In this document: positions 43,390 to 53,250 of the stretch, piece by piece | Numbering within the stretch: position 1 is the stretch's first letter | Layout: each line of letters starts with the position of its first letter | NCBI GenBank assembly: GCA_964602865.1 | Contig: CAZRSX010000003.1 | Span: 65,288 to 129,287 of the forward strand | From: an uncultured Candidatus Saccharibacteria bacterium | GTDB lineage: Bacteria > Patescibacteriota > Saccharimonadia > Saccharimonadales > JAGQNJ01 | Reading direction: 5' to 3' | DNA length: 64,000 nucleotides | Position numbers and translations under genes: made by a program | Notes under the pieces: model-generated | The model's database searches: none | What the model was told of the DNA's origin: nothing | The model's input: only the letters and a program-made list of their open reading frames with translations

Positions 43390-45510
43390 ATGGCTAAAAA
43401 GATACAGAGCGACGAGCCGTTATTCGTAAGGCAGGATATCGGCAGCGGCAGGCCGATTGTGCTGTTGCATGGCATGTTTGGCGATGGCACGCAGTGGCGG
43501 GTCATTGCTGATCTGCTGTCCGACTATTTCCGCGTGATAGTTGTGGATCTACTCGGTCACGGAAAATCACCAAGACCAAAAAACGCCAAATATACACCGG
43601 ACGAGCATTCGCGGTCGCTCAGGAAAACACTTGAAAAGTTAGGTGCAACTGGGGATCTGACAATTGTTGGGTACTCAATGGGGGGCACAGTTGCGCTAAA
43701 GTACGCTGCCGACTACCAGGACGTCTCTCAGCTTTACATGATCTCTACGCCGTTTTATCTCCAACCGGAAGAAATGGTAAAAACCGGCTATGCAAATTCG
43801 CTTATCTACACAAAGTTTTCTCTAACGCTGTATCGCTGGGTAGATAAATCGCTCAAAAAAGACAAACTGCTGTATAAAATTGTCGAGAAAGACAGTCTCA
43901 TGAAATGGCTGCATATGCTGATTGACGCTTACGACAACAAACTCGATCCTGAAGTTACTCGTTTGAATCTTAAAAACTTAATCAATGAGTTTGAGTTTGC
44001 AAAAACTCTGCAAAAAGTAACGTCACCGACCACTTTTTATTCTGGCAAACGGGACGTTTTTGTCGTGCATGGCCAGTTATTGGCGTTGAGAAAAATAAAA
44101 CCCTTGATGGAAATAGAAACACTGGGCATTGTCAAAAATGACCATATGCTTGTTCAATATTTGCCACAGCAGATGGTCGAGGTATTGACGCGTTACCAGC
44201 AGCAATTATTACACGTGGGTACAGATGTTGGAGCGGGCGAGGTGCTGATACTGCTGCACGGTATCGAAAGTTCTTCGAGTTACTGGGACAATATTGTGCC
44301 CGAACTTTCAAAAAAATATCGCGTTATAACTATAGACTTGCTGGGTTTTGGCGAGTCGCCGAAACCGCGAAATATTGCATACGACTTAGAGGATCAAGTT
44401 ACGTGGCTCAAACGCACGCTTGATTCCATGGGAATAAAAAGAATAAGTATGCTTGGTCATTCACTTGGGGCGTTGATAGCCATGGCATACTCGGCGACAT
44501 ACCCAAACGAGGTACGGAAATTGTATCTGGTTTCTCCAGTAATTATCGACTCGAATGTAGATCACCGAAGGTTACTAATCAAAAAGTTCAACTACATAGA
44601 AAATTTTTCTGACACCGGTTATCTCGTTTCTACTATTTCCAGGACTGTTGGAAAACAAAGGATTGCCAAATTTATTCCGACCATTCGGTCCGTTACCAAT
44701 GCGGTAAAAAATCAAAATTCAATCGCCTTAGCCAAACGGATTAAAAACGTAGACACGACTATTATTTACGGAGAAAGAGATCAACTGGTAGATGAGCAAC
44801 AATTACGTTCAGTTGCCAGCAATATACCAAAATCCAACGTCATAAAAATTAGCTCTGGCGGGCACAATTTTTTACTCTATCAACCCGATAAACTGCTCCA
44901 TATAATGCAACCGGAAATAAAAAATACTTCAGTAAAAAAAGCAAAAGTAAAACCAGGCCGTGTTATCGCGCAACTGGTCAAATTAGCCAGCCCGATACTA
45001 CTCATCAAAGGACTTTTGTATATAACCGCCGGGCTGCTGCTTTTCAGCCAATACAAAGAAGAAACGCTCGTAGCCGGAATAGCAGTTTTGGTAATGTTCC
45101 AGAGTTTTCAGTTCATCCGCGGGTCTTTTTCTCTAAAAAACGAGGGATTGTCATACATAGGGTATTTTTCGCTTGGTATTATCGGCATACTCACTGGCAT
45201 CGTACTAACGAATCACTTCAAGTTTTCGCTGTGGCTGACTCTTGTGATGGTGTGCGGATATATTCTGATCAACGGTTTGTCCAGAATAGTAGCCAGCGTG
45301 TTATGGATAACCGATAAGGGTCTCCGTCGTAAGCAGCTTTTGAGCGGACTACTGCTTTTCCTTGTTGCTATTACCGCGTTCTTCGGAAGTCTGGTAAGTG
45401 TGTATGCAATCGTATATTCGATAGCAGGCTATTTGCTGGTGCGAGGCCTCACTTTTGGCTTTTATTTGTTCGTGTCGTTACTTGCGGCATTTTCGAGAAG
45501 TTACTATTAA
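43390..45510 (+). CDS. tandem alpha/beta-hydrolase domains fused to a C-terminal polytopic membrane domain
   Basis: 706 aa. Two hydrolase units (VLLHGMFGD...GYSMGG and ILLHGIESS...GHSLGA nucleophile elbows), followed by 5-6 predicted TM helices (res ~540-700). Confidence 0.7.
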   Translation: MAKKIQSDEPLFVRQDIGSGRPIVLLHGMFGDGTQWRVIADLLSDYFRVIVVDLLGHGKSPRPKNAKYTPDEHSRSLRKTLEKLGATGDLTIVGYSMGGTVALKYAADYQDVSQLYMISTPFYLQPEEMVKTGYANSLIYTKFSLTLYRWVDKSLKKDKLLYKIVEKDSLMKWLHMLIDAYDNKLDPEVTRLNLKNLINEFEFAKTLQKVTSPTTFYSGKRDVFVVHGQLLALRKIKPLMEIETLGIVKNDHMLVQYLPQQMVEVLTRYQQQLLHVGTDVGAGEVLILLHGIESSSSYWDNIVPELSKKYRVITIDLLGFGESPKPRNIAYDLEDQVTWLKRTLDSMGIKRISMLGHSLGALIAMAYSATYPNEVRKLYLVSPVIIDSNVDHRRLLIKKFNYIENFSDTGYLVSTISRTVGKQRIAKFIPTIRSVTNAVKNQNSIALAKRIKNVDTTIIYGERDQLVDEQQLRSVASNIPKSNVIKISSGGHNFLLYQPDKLLHIMQPEIKNTSVKKAKVKPGRVIAQLVKLASPILLIKGLLYITAGLLLFSQYKEETLVAGIAVLVMFQSFQFIRGSFSLKNEGLSYIGYFSLGIIGILTGIVLTNHFKFSLWLTLVMVCGYILINGLSRIVASVLWITDKGLRRKQLLSGLLLFLVAITAFFGSLVSVYAIVYSIAGYLLVRGLTFGFYLFVSLLAAFSRSYY

Positions 45511-45570
45511 ATTATTCTTGAAGATCTAGGTAGCGGTTACATCAAAATTCTGCCCACAATTTCCGGCAAA

Positions 45571-45696
45571 GCACAAGATTCGCCCTTAGTGCAATTTGGG
45601 ATGAAAACCGAGCACCGGAGCGGAGGCGTACTCCTGTTACGGTGAGTATCGGAGACGCAGGTTTTCGCCCAAAGGGTGCAAGTACGCAACTTGTGC
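45571..45696. ncRNA. candidate rod-like structured RNA (family and strand unknown)
   Basis: Co-linear pairings: GCACAAG/CTTGTGC (45571-77 / 45690-96), CGCCC/GGGTG, TTTGGG/CCCAAA, GAAAACC/GGTTTTC, then apical CACCG...CGGTG with GGAG-GCGTA-CTCC. Lies between a gene end (45510) and the downstream promoter TGTATAAT (45727-34). Confidence 0.3.
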
Positions 45697-45764
45697 AAAG
45701 AAAAATGCACAAGATTCATTTATGCATGTATAATAGATGCCACATCTATTATAAGGAGGTAATT

Positions 45765-46121
45765 ATGTCAGAAATTTCATCTAACACGTCTTCACTAAGT
45801 AAGAATAAACTAATAATCATTGCCGTTGCCGTACTGCTTGTGGGTGGAATCGCCGGTTATTTCATCGGGGTAAACACGACGGAGGATAAACAGCAAGAAG
45901 AACTTTCGTCGTTACAGCAGGAACTGGAACAGGCAAGGACAGGCGCCAGCGACGAAATACAGGAAGGACAAGAGGCTATTACCGAAGGTCAGCAGACACT
46001 TGAATCACTACAAGCTGAGAACGCCTCACTGAAAGCGACAATCGAACAGCAAAATCAGAAAATTGCCGATCTTGAGCAACAGCTCGAAGAAGCAGGGTCT
46101 GCAACTCCTCCAACACAGTAA
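45765..46121 (+). CDS. membrane-anchored coiled-coil protein
   Basis: Start at ATG 45765, preceded by AAGGAGG. MSEISSNTSSLSKNKLIIIAVAVLLVGGIAGYFIG, then a Gln/Glu-rich coiled coil. Confidence 0.55.
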   Translation: MSEISSNTSSLSKNKLIIIAVAVLLVGGIAGYFIGVNTTEDKQQEELSSLQQELEQARTGASDEIQEGQEAITEGQQTLESLQAENASLKATIEQQNQKIADLEQQLEEAGSATPPTQ

Positions 46122-46187
46122 GACTCATCAGTCTATCAACCCCAAGACCATCGTTCTATTTTTTGCACTTCCCAGAATTTAATGTGC

Positions 46188-46943
46188 CTAGAGGTGGTCA
46201 ATAGCATCGAGATAGTCTAATAGGTCTATCTCTAAGCTTTCCCATGTATCTTTTGTCGCATCTGTCTGCCGAGACCATTCCAGAGCATCAGCACTATTGA
46301 TAAAATCAAGTATCCTCAGTGCAGCAGGTCGTAACAAAGGATGAGGAGCGTACTCCTTTAAATAATCTACGTTGAAGCACAGATTATACATAACATCATC
46401 TATGGACGCCTCCCGGTGGCTCAAAGCATAGTCAACATCTACCATGTAGAGTTTTGGGGATTGATCGCCGTGTACTTTGCCGTACATGAATTGTGCTGGA
46501 CGAATCTCATACGCATATGGCATATTATGCTGATAAACAGTTACAGAGTACTCCGTTAAGCCCTCTAATAACGATGCGGCAATTTCAGGTGGAAAGTCTA
46601 ATTCGTCAACCTTACGACCCATTACCTCTGAGGTGACAAATTTGGCAATATGGAACAACGCAGGAAACCGGGCGTTGTCGGAATAGTTTACCCCTACAAG
46701 GTACTCAGGCGGATCCGATTCGGCAATTACATTCCAATGAGGCACGACGTTAAGCCCGCTAATCTCTTCAAAATCCTTTAATGCAGTGTCGTAACCTACA
46801 AGATCATTTTCGTCACTATACTCCTCAACACGTACAACGTATTGGTTTGTATCTGAGAATTTTCTTAAATCGCCATTGTAGGCAAATAGCCCTTTTTCCA
46901 AGGGTGCACGGAATGGCTCAGGATAAGACGTGTCAATCGACAT
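46188..46943 (-). CDS. hypothetical protein
   Basis: 251-aa ORF with no confident family. The LYMVDVDYA segment is vaguely kinase-fold-like. Confidence 0.5.
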   Translation of the reverse strand: MSIDTSYPEPFRAPLEKGLFAYNGDLRKFSDTNQYVVRVEEYSDENDLVGYDTALKDFEEISGLNVVPHWNVIAESDPPEYLVGVNYSDNARFPALFHIAKFVTSEVMGRKVDELDFPPEIAASLLEGLTEYSVTVYQHNMPYAYEIRPAQFMYGKVHGDQSPKLYMVDVDYALSHREASIDDVMYNLCFNVDYLKEYAPHPLLRPAALRILDFINSADALEWSRQTDATKDTWESLEIDLLDYLDAIDHL

Positions 46944-47098
46944 TACTATATTATACTATACAATTGTATTTTATACAAGTGTCACGCTCCCCAGAAAGGA
47001 CCTGGCTCGTCTGTACAGCTAATTCAGGAATAACAGGGATCCATCGTGCAGCTACAACACGATTTCTTTCTATAAAGCCAGTTCCGATACCTGAAGAT

Positions 47099-47524
47099 TT
47101 ACGGTTTCCGCAGAATTTTTTCCATTGCTTTTCCCTTTGCTAACTCGTCGATTAGCTTATCTAAGTAGCGGATTTCCTGCATGGTCGGTTCTTTGATATC
47201 TTCCACCCGCACACCACAGATCACGCCTGTAATCAATTTTCGCGAAGGATTGAGCTTAGGCGCCTGCGTATAGAAAGTTTCGAGGTCTGTTTGCTTCTCC
47301 AGTTGCGCCGCTAACTCTTTCTGGCTGTATCCTGTCAGCCAGCGAATAATTTCATCGACTTCCGCTTTTGTATACCCTTTTTTGGCTGCCTTGGCGATAT
47401 AATAAGGGTAGACACTTGCGAAACTCAGACTATAAACGCGCTGTAATGTTTTATCGGCTTCTTTCATAATTTTCTTTATTTTAGCACGAAGATATAGGAG
47501 TTCCTGGCCGGCACGTTCAGCCAT
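47099..47524 (-). CDS. DUF2200-like protein
   Basis: [38 protein letters not shown] matches the DUF2200 core as remembered. Alternative start at 47467. Confidence 0.6.
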   Translation of the reverse strand: MAERAGQELLYLRAKIKKIMKEADKTLQRVYSLSFASVYPYYIAKAAKKGYTKAEVDEIIRWLTGYSQKELAAQLEKQTDLETFYTQAPKLNPSRKLITGVICGVRVEDIKEPTMQEIRYLDKLIDELAKGKAMEKILRKP

Positions 47525-47811
47525 AGTAGATTCAAACCAAAAAAGACTATGAGGCTATAATAAGACGGTAGCCAGAATAGCAGTGCTCGATTATCGCTTA
47601 CAAAGCGACGTTCAGCAGCAGACTCAAATACTTGCAATCAACAAGCTAGACTTTCCAAAAGAGCGTTGCGCGGAGAGGAACCGCATCCCTAAAACAGGCG
47701 ATGCAGATATTGCACCGGTAGCACCTTAGGAGAAAATTGATAAAAATTTCTTAGACATAAAATAGACATTACTAGTAATATCTGTTAATATATTACTGAG
47801 GTACCTCAATT

Positions 47812-48510
47812 ATGACCCCTAGTAGCCCGCTCCGAAATGCCGAACGCTCTGTCCTAAGCTTTGATCTATGGATGACGCTCATTAGAAGCAATCCCGAGTT
47901 CCGGCCTGCCCGCAACGCAGTTTTCCGGTCAGCAATTGCTCCCGCTATGCCTGCCGAAGAGTTTGATCGAATTGTCCATGAGCAAGATAGTATCGCCGAC
48001 ACTATCGCTGAACAAGACGGACGAGATATGTCGTTTGAAGAACGTGTACAGATGATCGCCCAGGCTGCTACCGCATCTCACGTAAATGCGCTGACTATGG
48101 AAGGTCTTTACCAACAACAGACTGAACTACTCGAAACTCACCCACCTATCCTATTGTCACCAAGAACGGCCGACGTACTGGAACAACTTGGTACTCGATA
48201 TGACCTGGCCGTAATTAGTAATACCGGTTTTATCCGTGGCAGAGAAATGCGGCGAATGCTTGGTTCGTTGGGTGTTCTGGAAAGCTTTCAATATTTGATA
48301 TTTTCTAATGAAATCGACTCGCCCAAGCCCGATAAGCGTATCTTTGATGTACTCCTTCAGCTTGCTCAAGTACCAGCAGGTGCCGTTACCCATATTGGCG
48401 ATAATATGATTGCTGACATACATGGCGCCCGGTCTGCCGGTATGAGAGCAATCCATCTGAAGTCGGGCATGACTATTGAGAATATTGCACGAAGAGTGGA
48501 GGCGCAATAA
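47812..48510 (+). CDS. HAD-superfamily hydrolase
   Basis: 232 aa. SFDLWMTLI (motif I-like), VISNTG (motif II), KPD...HIGDNMIADIHGA (motifs III/IV). Confidence 0.65.
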   Translation: MTPSSPLRNAERSVLSFDLWMTLIRSNPEFRPARNAVFRSAIAPAMPAEEFDRIVHEQDSIADTIAEQDGRDMSFEERVQMIAQAATASHVNALTMEGLYQQQTELLETHPPILLSPRTADVLEQLGTRYDLAVISNTGFIRGREMRRMLGSLGVLESFQYLIFSNEIDSPKPDKRIFDVLLQLAQVPAGAVTHIGDNMIADIHGARSAGMRAIHLKSGMTIENIARRVEAQ

Positions 48511-49385
48511 TGGCTGAGGCGGCGCAGAGATTCTCTCTTGGTGAAGTCAATGTTGCTCCCGAAGGAGCACTAACTTTGGCTCTTGGGCAGATAGCCGTTG
48601 CTGCCGGAGGTGTTAATCTTGAGGAGTATAGTCGTTTTAAACATGGTGATGGGGAGGCCGCCGCGTCTTATGGGGCGATGTTGGCTCGAGAGTTTGTGGA
48701 GGTTCATCCGAGCACACTCAACAGCGAACCACTACTCGTCACATCCTCTGCCTACAAAGTAGCTCCCTCTGCTGCACACTCCCTAGTCGCACCATTCGTG
48801 GCTGAGCTTCAGAGAATCACCGGAACACAAACAAACGCCAACGCATTTAAGATCGATCGTGCCGTATTGACTGATGGCGACTATGCATCGCTCTCAGTAG
48901 AAGAGCGCCAGCAGACGATGGAGCGCAACGGTCTAAGCCTGCCTGAAGGCCTTGATCTGAGAGGTCAGTCGGTCGTCCTCTTGGACGATATCTTAGTAAC
49001 GGGTTCGCATGAGGTGGTGACGAGGAAGTTGCTTGATGAGGCCAGCGCCAAAGCTATCTATTGCGGATACATTCTACGCGTCAATGGCGGTGAGAGCTTT
49101 CCAGAAGTTGAAGCGCTTATTAACACACAAGTTGTCAGGAATGTAGACGACATTTTAGCCATAACGCAAGAGCCGAACTTTATCCCAAATGCTAGACTCT
49201 GTAAATTTATTCTCTCGAGGCCAATTACAGAAATTGCCCGTTTTTGTGATGAGGCACCACCTGAGACAGTGAAGACTGTGAAGGCGTATATCCGTGGCGA
49301 TGGGCTCGATACCATGCTGAAATACTCTGAAACAGCAGACGCTTTGTTGCGTCACAACTCCTCAGGGAAAGCTCTTGTTTCCTAA
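48510..49385 (+). CDS. phosphoribosyltransferase-like protein
   Basis: 291 aa. The VVLLDDILVTGSH PRPP-binding-loop-like motif. ATAATG-type overlap with the HAD gene suggests coupling. Confidence 0.5.
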   Translation: MAEAAQRFSLGEVNVAPEGALTLALGQIAVAAGGVNLEEYSRFKHGDGEAAASYGAMLAREFVEVHPSTLNSEPLLVTSSAYKVAPSAAHSLVAPFVAELQRITGTQTNANAFKIDRAVLTDGDYASLSVEERQQTMERNGLSLPEGLDLRGQSVVLLDDILVTGSHEVVTRKLLDEASAKAIYCGYILRVNGGESFPEVEALINTQVVRNVDDILAITQEPNFIPNARLCKFILSRPITEIARFCDEAPPETVKTVKAYIRGDGLDTMLKYSETADALLRHNSSGKALVS

Positions 49386-49403
49386 CGAACCACTGTGTTC
49401 GTA

Positions 49404-49799
49404 TTATTTTGAGGCGTTCAGGCGAGCGAGTTCTTTTTCTTGCTCGTGGTAGGATTTGTCAATTTTGAACTGCACGTGGCTGACGAGCGCCGCAAAGCCC
49501 CACATCACAAACAGATACACGATGACCGCAAACAAGGCGGCGATGTCCAGATACCCCGTTTCGCCAACTGGTTTTGCCGGAAAGATGCCGCGAAATGGCG
49601 CTAAATAATCGCTCGACACTTGGTAGATAAATTTTACAAACGGTGTGGTTTGATTCGCCGAAAACAGCAACAAAAACACCCGAAGCACCAAACTCACCAC
49701 GCCAACAATCACCCAGGCATATAATATATAGGCAATGATTTTACTGACCCGCAAGTAGCCCGGGATAACGATTTTATTTTGTGTTTGCTGGTCTGCCAT
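49404..49799 (-). CDS. YggT-like membrane protein
   Basis: 131 aa. FVKFIYQVSSDYLAPFRGIFP...GYLDIAALFAVIVY follows the YggT pattern (P.R...P....iD.s.l). Confidence 0.5.
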   Translation of the reverse strand: MADQQTQNKIVIPGYLRVSKIIAYILYAWVIVGVVSLVLRVFLLLFSANQTTPFVKFIYQVSSDYLAPFRGIFPAKPVGETGYLDIAALFAVIVYLFVMWGFAALVSHVQFKIDKSYHEQEKELARLNASK

Positions 49800-49917
49800 G
49801 ATGCGAACCCTCCGTTTATCAAGTTATGTATGGCACGTATTATACAGCCACGCGCCGGCCATTGCCATGTTTTAGTGCTCGTTTGGTATAGTTTGCGCTA
49901 TACTGTAGAGAAATATT

Positions 49918-51048
49918 ATGAGTAGTTTAGCCATTAACGACCATCAAAAACGCGCTCTGGCGGTTGCTACCGTGATTGCGCTGATTGGCGGCGCCCTGTT
50001 TTTGCGCGATTATTTTACGCTGATTGCCTTTGCCGCCATCGTGGCTTTTATGTTCAGCCCTGTTTACGATTTCTTACACAAACGCTGGAAGTCACCCAAT
50101 AAAGCCGCCGGCACAACGGTGGTCGTGGCACTTTTGGCACTCTTGATTCCTTTAGTCGTCGTCATTCTTTTTAGCGTGCAGCAGGTCGAGCAACTGGTGC
50201 GCAATTTTGACCCTGCTTCGCTGGCTGGCGTGGAATCAAAAGTTATCGACATGGCCAACCAGGCACTTGCTGCGGTCGGCCTGTCGTATCAGCTTGACAC
50301 CGGCAGTATTACAACTGCGCTCTACGAAGGTCTGAAATCATTCGGCCAGACGGTCGTGTCATCACTGCCTGGACTGTTTGGAAGTTTTTTGAGCATCCTG
50401 ACCACGTCGATTATTTTTCTGTATGTACTCATGTCTATGCTCAAGCATCAGTCCACGATTGTAAAAGTTCTGCGGGCGCTGAATCCGCTCGGCCCGGACA
50501 TTAGCAAGTTATACCAGCAAAAAACCGCGGCCATGACCAAAGCCATGGTGCGCGGCCAGTTTATTATTGCTACCGCGCAAGGCTTTGCCGACGCTGCCTT
50601 TTTGGCGCTGGCCGGTTTGCCTGAATTGTTCTTTTTCTTCTTTGTTACGCTGACTGCGCTGTCGATTATTCCGCTGGGCGGCGGCATTGTGGCCATGCCG
50701 ATTGGTGTTGTCATGATACTCACCGGCAATATTTGGGGTGGCGCATTGGTGCTGTTTGGCCACATCGTCGTGGTGACGAATATCGACAACATCTTACGGC
50801 CAAAATTAGTCCCCAAAGAGGCAAAGCTGGATGCTGCGCTCACGCTTATCTCGGTTTTTGCCGGCCTGAAACTATTCGGATTTTTGGGGATTGTTATCGG
50901 GCCGGTTATCATGATTCTGATTGTCACCACTGTCAAAGTGTATTTGGACGTCTACGAAAACCTGGTGTTTGAAGACGGCGTCGGCAAAGAAAAACCAAGC
51001 TTCGAAAAGCGAGCCATAGGTCGCGTCAAGCGACTATTCAAACGATAA
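49918..51048 (+). CDS. AI-2E family transporter (PerM-like permease)
   Basis: 376 aa, 7-8 TM. The C-terminal VTNIDNILRPKLV motif is typical of AI-2E/PerM. Confidence 0.8.
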   Translation: MSSLAINDHQKRALAVATVIALIGGALFLRDYFTLIAFAAIVAFMFSPVYDFLHKRWKSPNKAAGTTVVVALLALLIPLVVVILFSVQQVEQLVRNFDPASLAGVESKVIDMANQALAAVGLSYQLDTGSITTALYEGLKSFGQTVVSSLPGLFGSFLSILTTSIIFLYVLMSMLKHQSTIVKVLRALNPLGPDISKLYQQKTAAMTKAMVRGQFIIATAQGFADAAFLALAGLPELFFFFFVTLTALSIIPLGGGIVAMPIGVVMILTGNIWGGALVLFGHIVVVTNIDNILRPKLVPKEAKLDAALTLISVFAGLKLFGFLGIVIGPVIMILIVTTVKVYLDVYENLVFEDGVGKEKPSFEKRAIGRVKRLFKR

Positions 51049-51052
51049 ATTC

Positions 51053-51931
51053 TTACTTTCGCTTGGCCATAAAAATGCTGTAGGCCTGCAGCGAACCGCT
51101 GAGGACCAGTGCCGCCAGGCCAATACCAATAACGTACCGGCCCTGGGCATTAAAGGTCGCAATAAAAGCATCGTATAAATTGCCGACGACCGTGCGGCCG
51201 TGAACATTACTAATGTTAGCCAAAAGCGGCGGACGAAACAGCGGTCCAACCAGAAGCGCAAGCAGTCCTGCGGCGGCAATACAAGCACCCTGAATAGCGA
51301 GATATTGTTTGTACGCAGCTCTGTTTACATAGTACGGGTATGCGAGTGCTCCCAACGCACCGATAAACGCCAGCGGTGCAATCCATAAGAACACCACGCC
51401 AATCTTGTAAAAGTTCGGGATTTCTTCGCGGTCAATCAGGACAATTTCGTCGGGAATGGTGCTGGGGTCAACCTGCGGCTCGCGGCCCAAGCTCGCCGAA
51501 ACGTTGTACAGCTGTGTCAGGGCATTTTTGATACTGCTCAAGTTGACCGTGATTGACTCTTGCGTGTTAGAGGTTACGGCGACTTGCAGACGCGCGACGA
51601 CTGTATCAATGGCATTGTTAGCTTGAGTGGTGCCCAAAAGTCCGCTGACAATCCGGACTGGTACATCGCCAGCCACTCGTTTCAGTACTGGCCGATCCTG
51701 GAATACAACATCAGTCACACCCTCTGCAATGGCTTGGCGGCTACTCTCTGACGTCAGCGAAGTGGTAACGACCCGTGAAAAATTGTCCGTGTCAAAAATG
51801 TAACGATTCACCCAAATAGCTGAGTTGGCGACCATCAACAGCAACCCTGCCAAAATTGCTAGCCAAAAAGTCTGAATGCCCAAGCTTTTTGTCGTTTGTG
51901 CGGATTTTGCTGGTGTTTTCGCCATAATCAT
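51053..51931 (-). CDS. hypothetical membrane protein
   Basis: 292 aa. N-terminal TM, extracytoplasmic segment, then four C-terminal TMs. Convergent with the AI-2E gene (4-nt gap). Confidence 0.5.
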   Translation of the reverse strand: MIMAKTPAKSAQTTKSLGIQTFWLAILAGLLLMVANSAIWVNRYIFDTDNFSRVVTTSLTSESSRQAIAEGVTDVVFQDRPVLKRVAGDVPVRIVSGLLGTTQANNAIDTVVARLQVAVTSNTQESITVNLSSIKNALTQLYNVSASLGREPQVDPSTIPDEIVLIDREEIPNFYKIGVVFLWIAPLAFIGALGALAYPYYVNRAAYKQYLAIQGACIAAAGLLALLVGPLFRPPLLANISNVHGRTVVGNLYDAFIATFNAQGRYVIGIGLAALVLSGSLQAYSIFMAKRK

Positions 51932-52197
51932 TGTCTCCTTTATTGACTACATTATATAGTTGTTGGCAAGTAAAATACAGCGCAATGTTTACATTGAAAA
52001 GACATACGTTAAAAAAACGCACAAAACTATCTAAGCCCTACAAGCTTTACCCATCCACTTTATGTCCGATCGGATATAAAGTGGATGGGTTTCTTGTGCA
52101 GCCTGTTGTTGCCTCTAGGCAAAAAATGCTTGCATTTGTAATTGGGTTATGGTTATTATTATGACAACACTACAAAAACAAAAAGGATTCTGTCATT

Positions 52198-53220
52198 ATG
52201 GCCAAACAAAATAAGTCGACCAAACAGCAAAATAAGCTAGGCTCATTCTTTCGCAAACTAAATCCCAACACCCCGGCCAAGAAACTGTTAGCATTCGTGC
52301 TCATCTTTGCCATGCTTGGTGGTGGCTACTATGCGTATAGGAGTTTTGCGGCGACAACAACGGTGAAGACCTATCACGCGAGTGACTTTGGGTCCAGCAG
52401 CGGCATCACAAGAAGCACTGAACGAAATGGCGTTATTACCTATTCGGTGATTAGCATGCTATCTACTGGCCAGCGGATCAATACCTCGACCGAAACCAAA
52501 GAGACATACAAAGGTAACTACCGGGCATGTTTCTACTACAGCATACCGCAACAACCCGCAAAAGCCACCATGGCCTTTGCGATTTTTGACGACCCAAGCA
52601 GAACAAAATCACTGGCTGGCACGAGTAAAGACTACTCTCCGACGAACGGCTACAAAACCGAGTGCCTTAGTTTCTACGCGCCAAACAGTAAAAAACTGAC
52701 GCTTGTCGTTGCTACTTGGAAAGGCTCCACTGCTTTTACCAAAGTAACCATCGCGCCGGAAAAGACCATGACCATCCACGCCAAAGATTTTGGCGCCTAT
52801 ACAACCAGGCTGGTCAATGTTCGCACCATGACGCAGCCTGCCGGTGACCGCAAAGGACAAATTGTGGCCGAGATGCACAAACCAAGTTCGCAGATTTTAT
52901 TCGGGCTCAAAAACCCAAAGCTGACGGCTGAGGTAGACTTCAAGATTGGTAAAAAATACGAGGCCTGCATCATCTACTCTATTGGCGACCGCGGCTCCAG
53001 TAGTGATCTGCTGGCTTTCTACCCGGTTGGTACTAGCAAAGTCGATCAAAAGAATCTCAAAACCACCAACAGCTTAAACACCTACAAAACCCACTGTCAC
53101 ACCTTTACCTACAACGGCGGCAACGCCGATGCGGTATCACTGCACTACCCCGGCTGGGCGCAGTCACTCAAAGATCCGTACAAAATCCGTGTCCGTGCTA
53201 TCCGCCTAACTGAGAAATAA
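52198..53220 (+). CDS. secreted hypothetical protein sharing a leader with the next gene
   Basis: 340 aa. Leader MAKQNKSTKQQNKLGSFFRKLNPNTPAKKLLAFVLIFAMLGGGYYAYRSFA. Internal two-fold repeat (KxxKGNYRACFYYSI / KIGKKYEACIIYSI). Confidence 0.6.
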   Translation: MAKQNKSTKQQNKLGSFFRKLNPNTPAKKLLAFVLIFAMLGGGYYAYRSFAATTTVKTYHASDFGSSSGITRSTERNGVITYSVISMLSTGQRINTSTETKETYKGNYRACFYYSIPQQPAKATMAFAIFDDPSRTKSLAGTSKDYSPTNGYKTECLSFYAPNSKKLTLVVATWKGSTAFTKVTIAPEKTMTIHAKDFGAYTTRLVNVRTMTQPAGDRKGQIVAEMHKPSSQILFGLKNPKLTAEVDFKIGKKYEACIIYSIGDRGSSSDLLAFYPVGTSKVDQKNLKTTNSLNTYKTHCHTFTYNGGNADAVSLHYPGWAQSLKDPYKIRVRAIRLTEK

Positions 53221-53250
53221 TTAACCAGACGTCAAAAGGAGCTACGAATC

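Noticed and set aside
45571-45696. SRP (4.5S) RNA or 6S RNA identity for the rod-like element
   Set aside because: The conserved SRP domain IV motif (…GGUCCGGAAGGAAGCAGC… with a GGAA tetraloop) is not present on either strand, and no 6S hallmark could be verified by eye. It is kept only as an unclassified candidate.
50448-50936. 162-aa minus-strand ORF inside the AI-2E transporter gene
   Set aside because: It is antisense to a well-supported multi-TM transporter and has no independent evidence.
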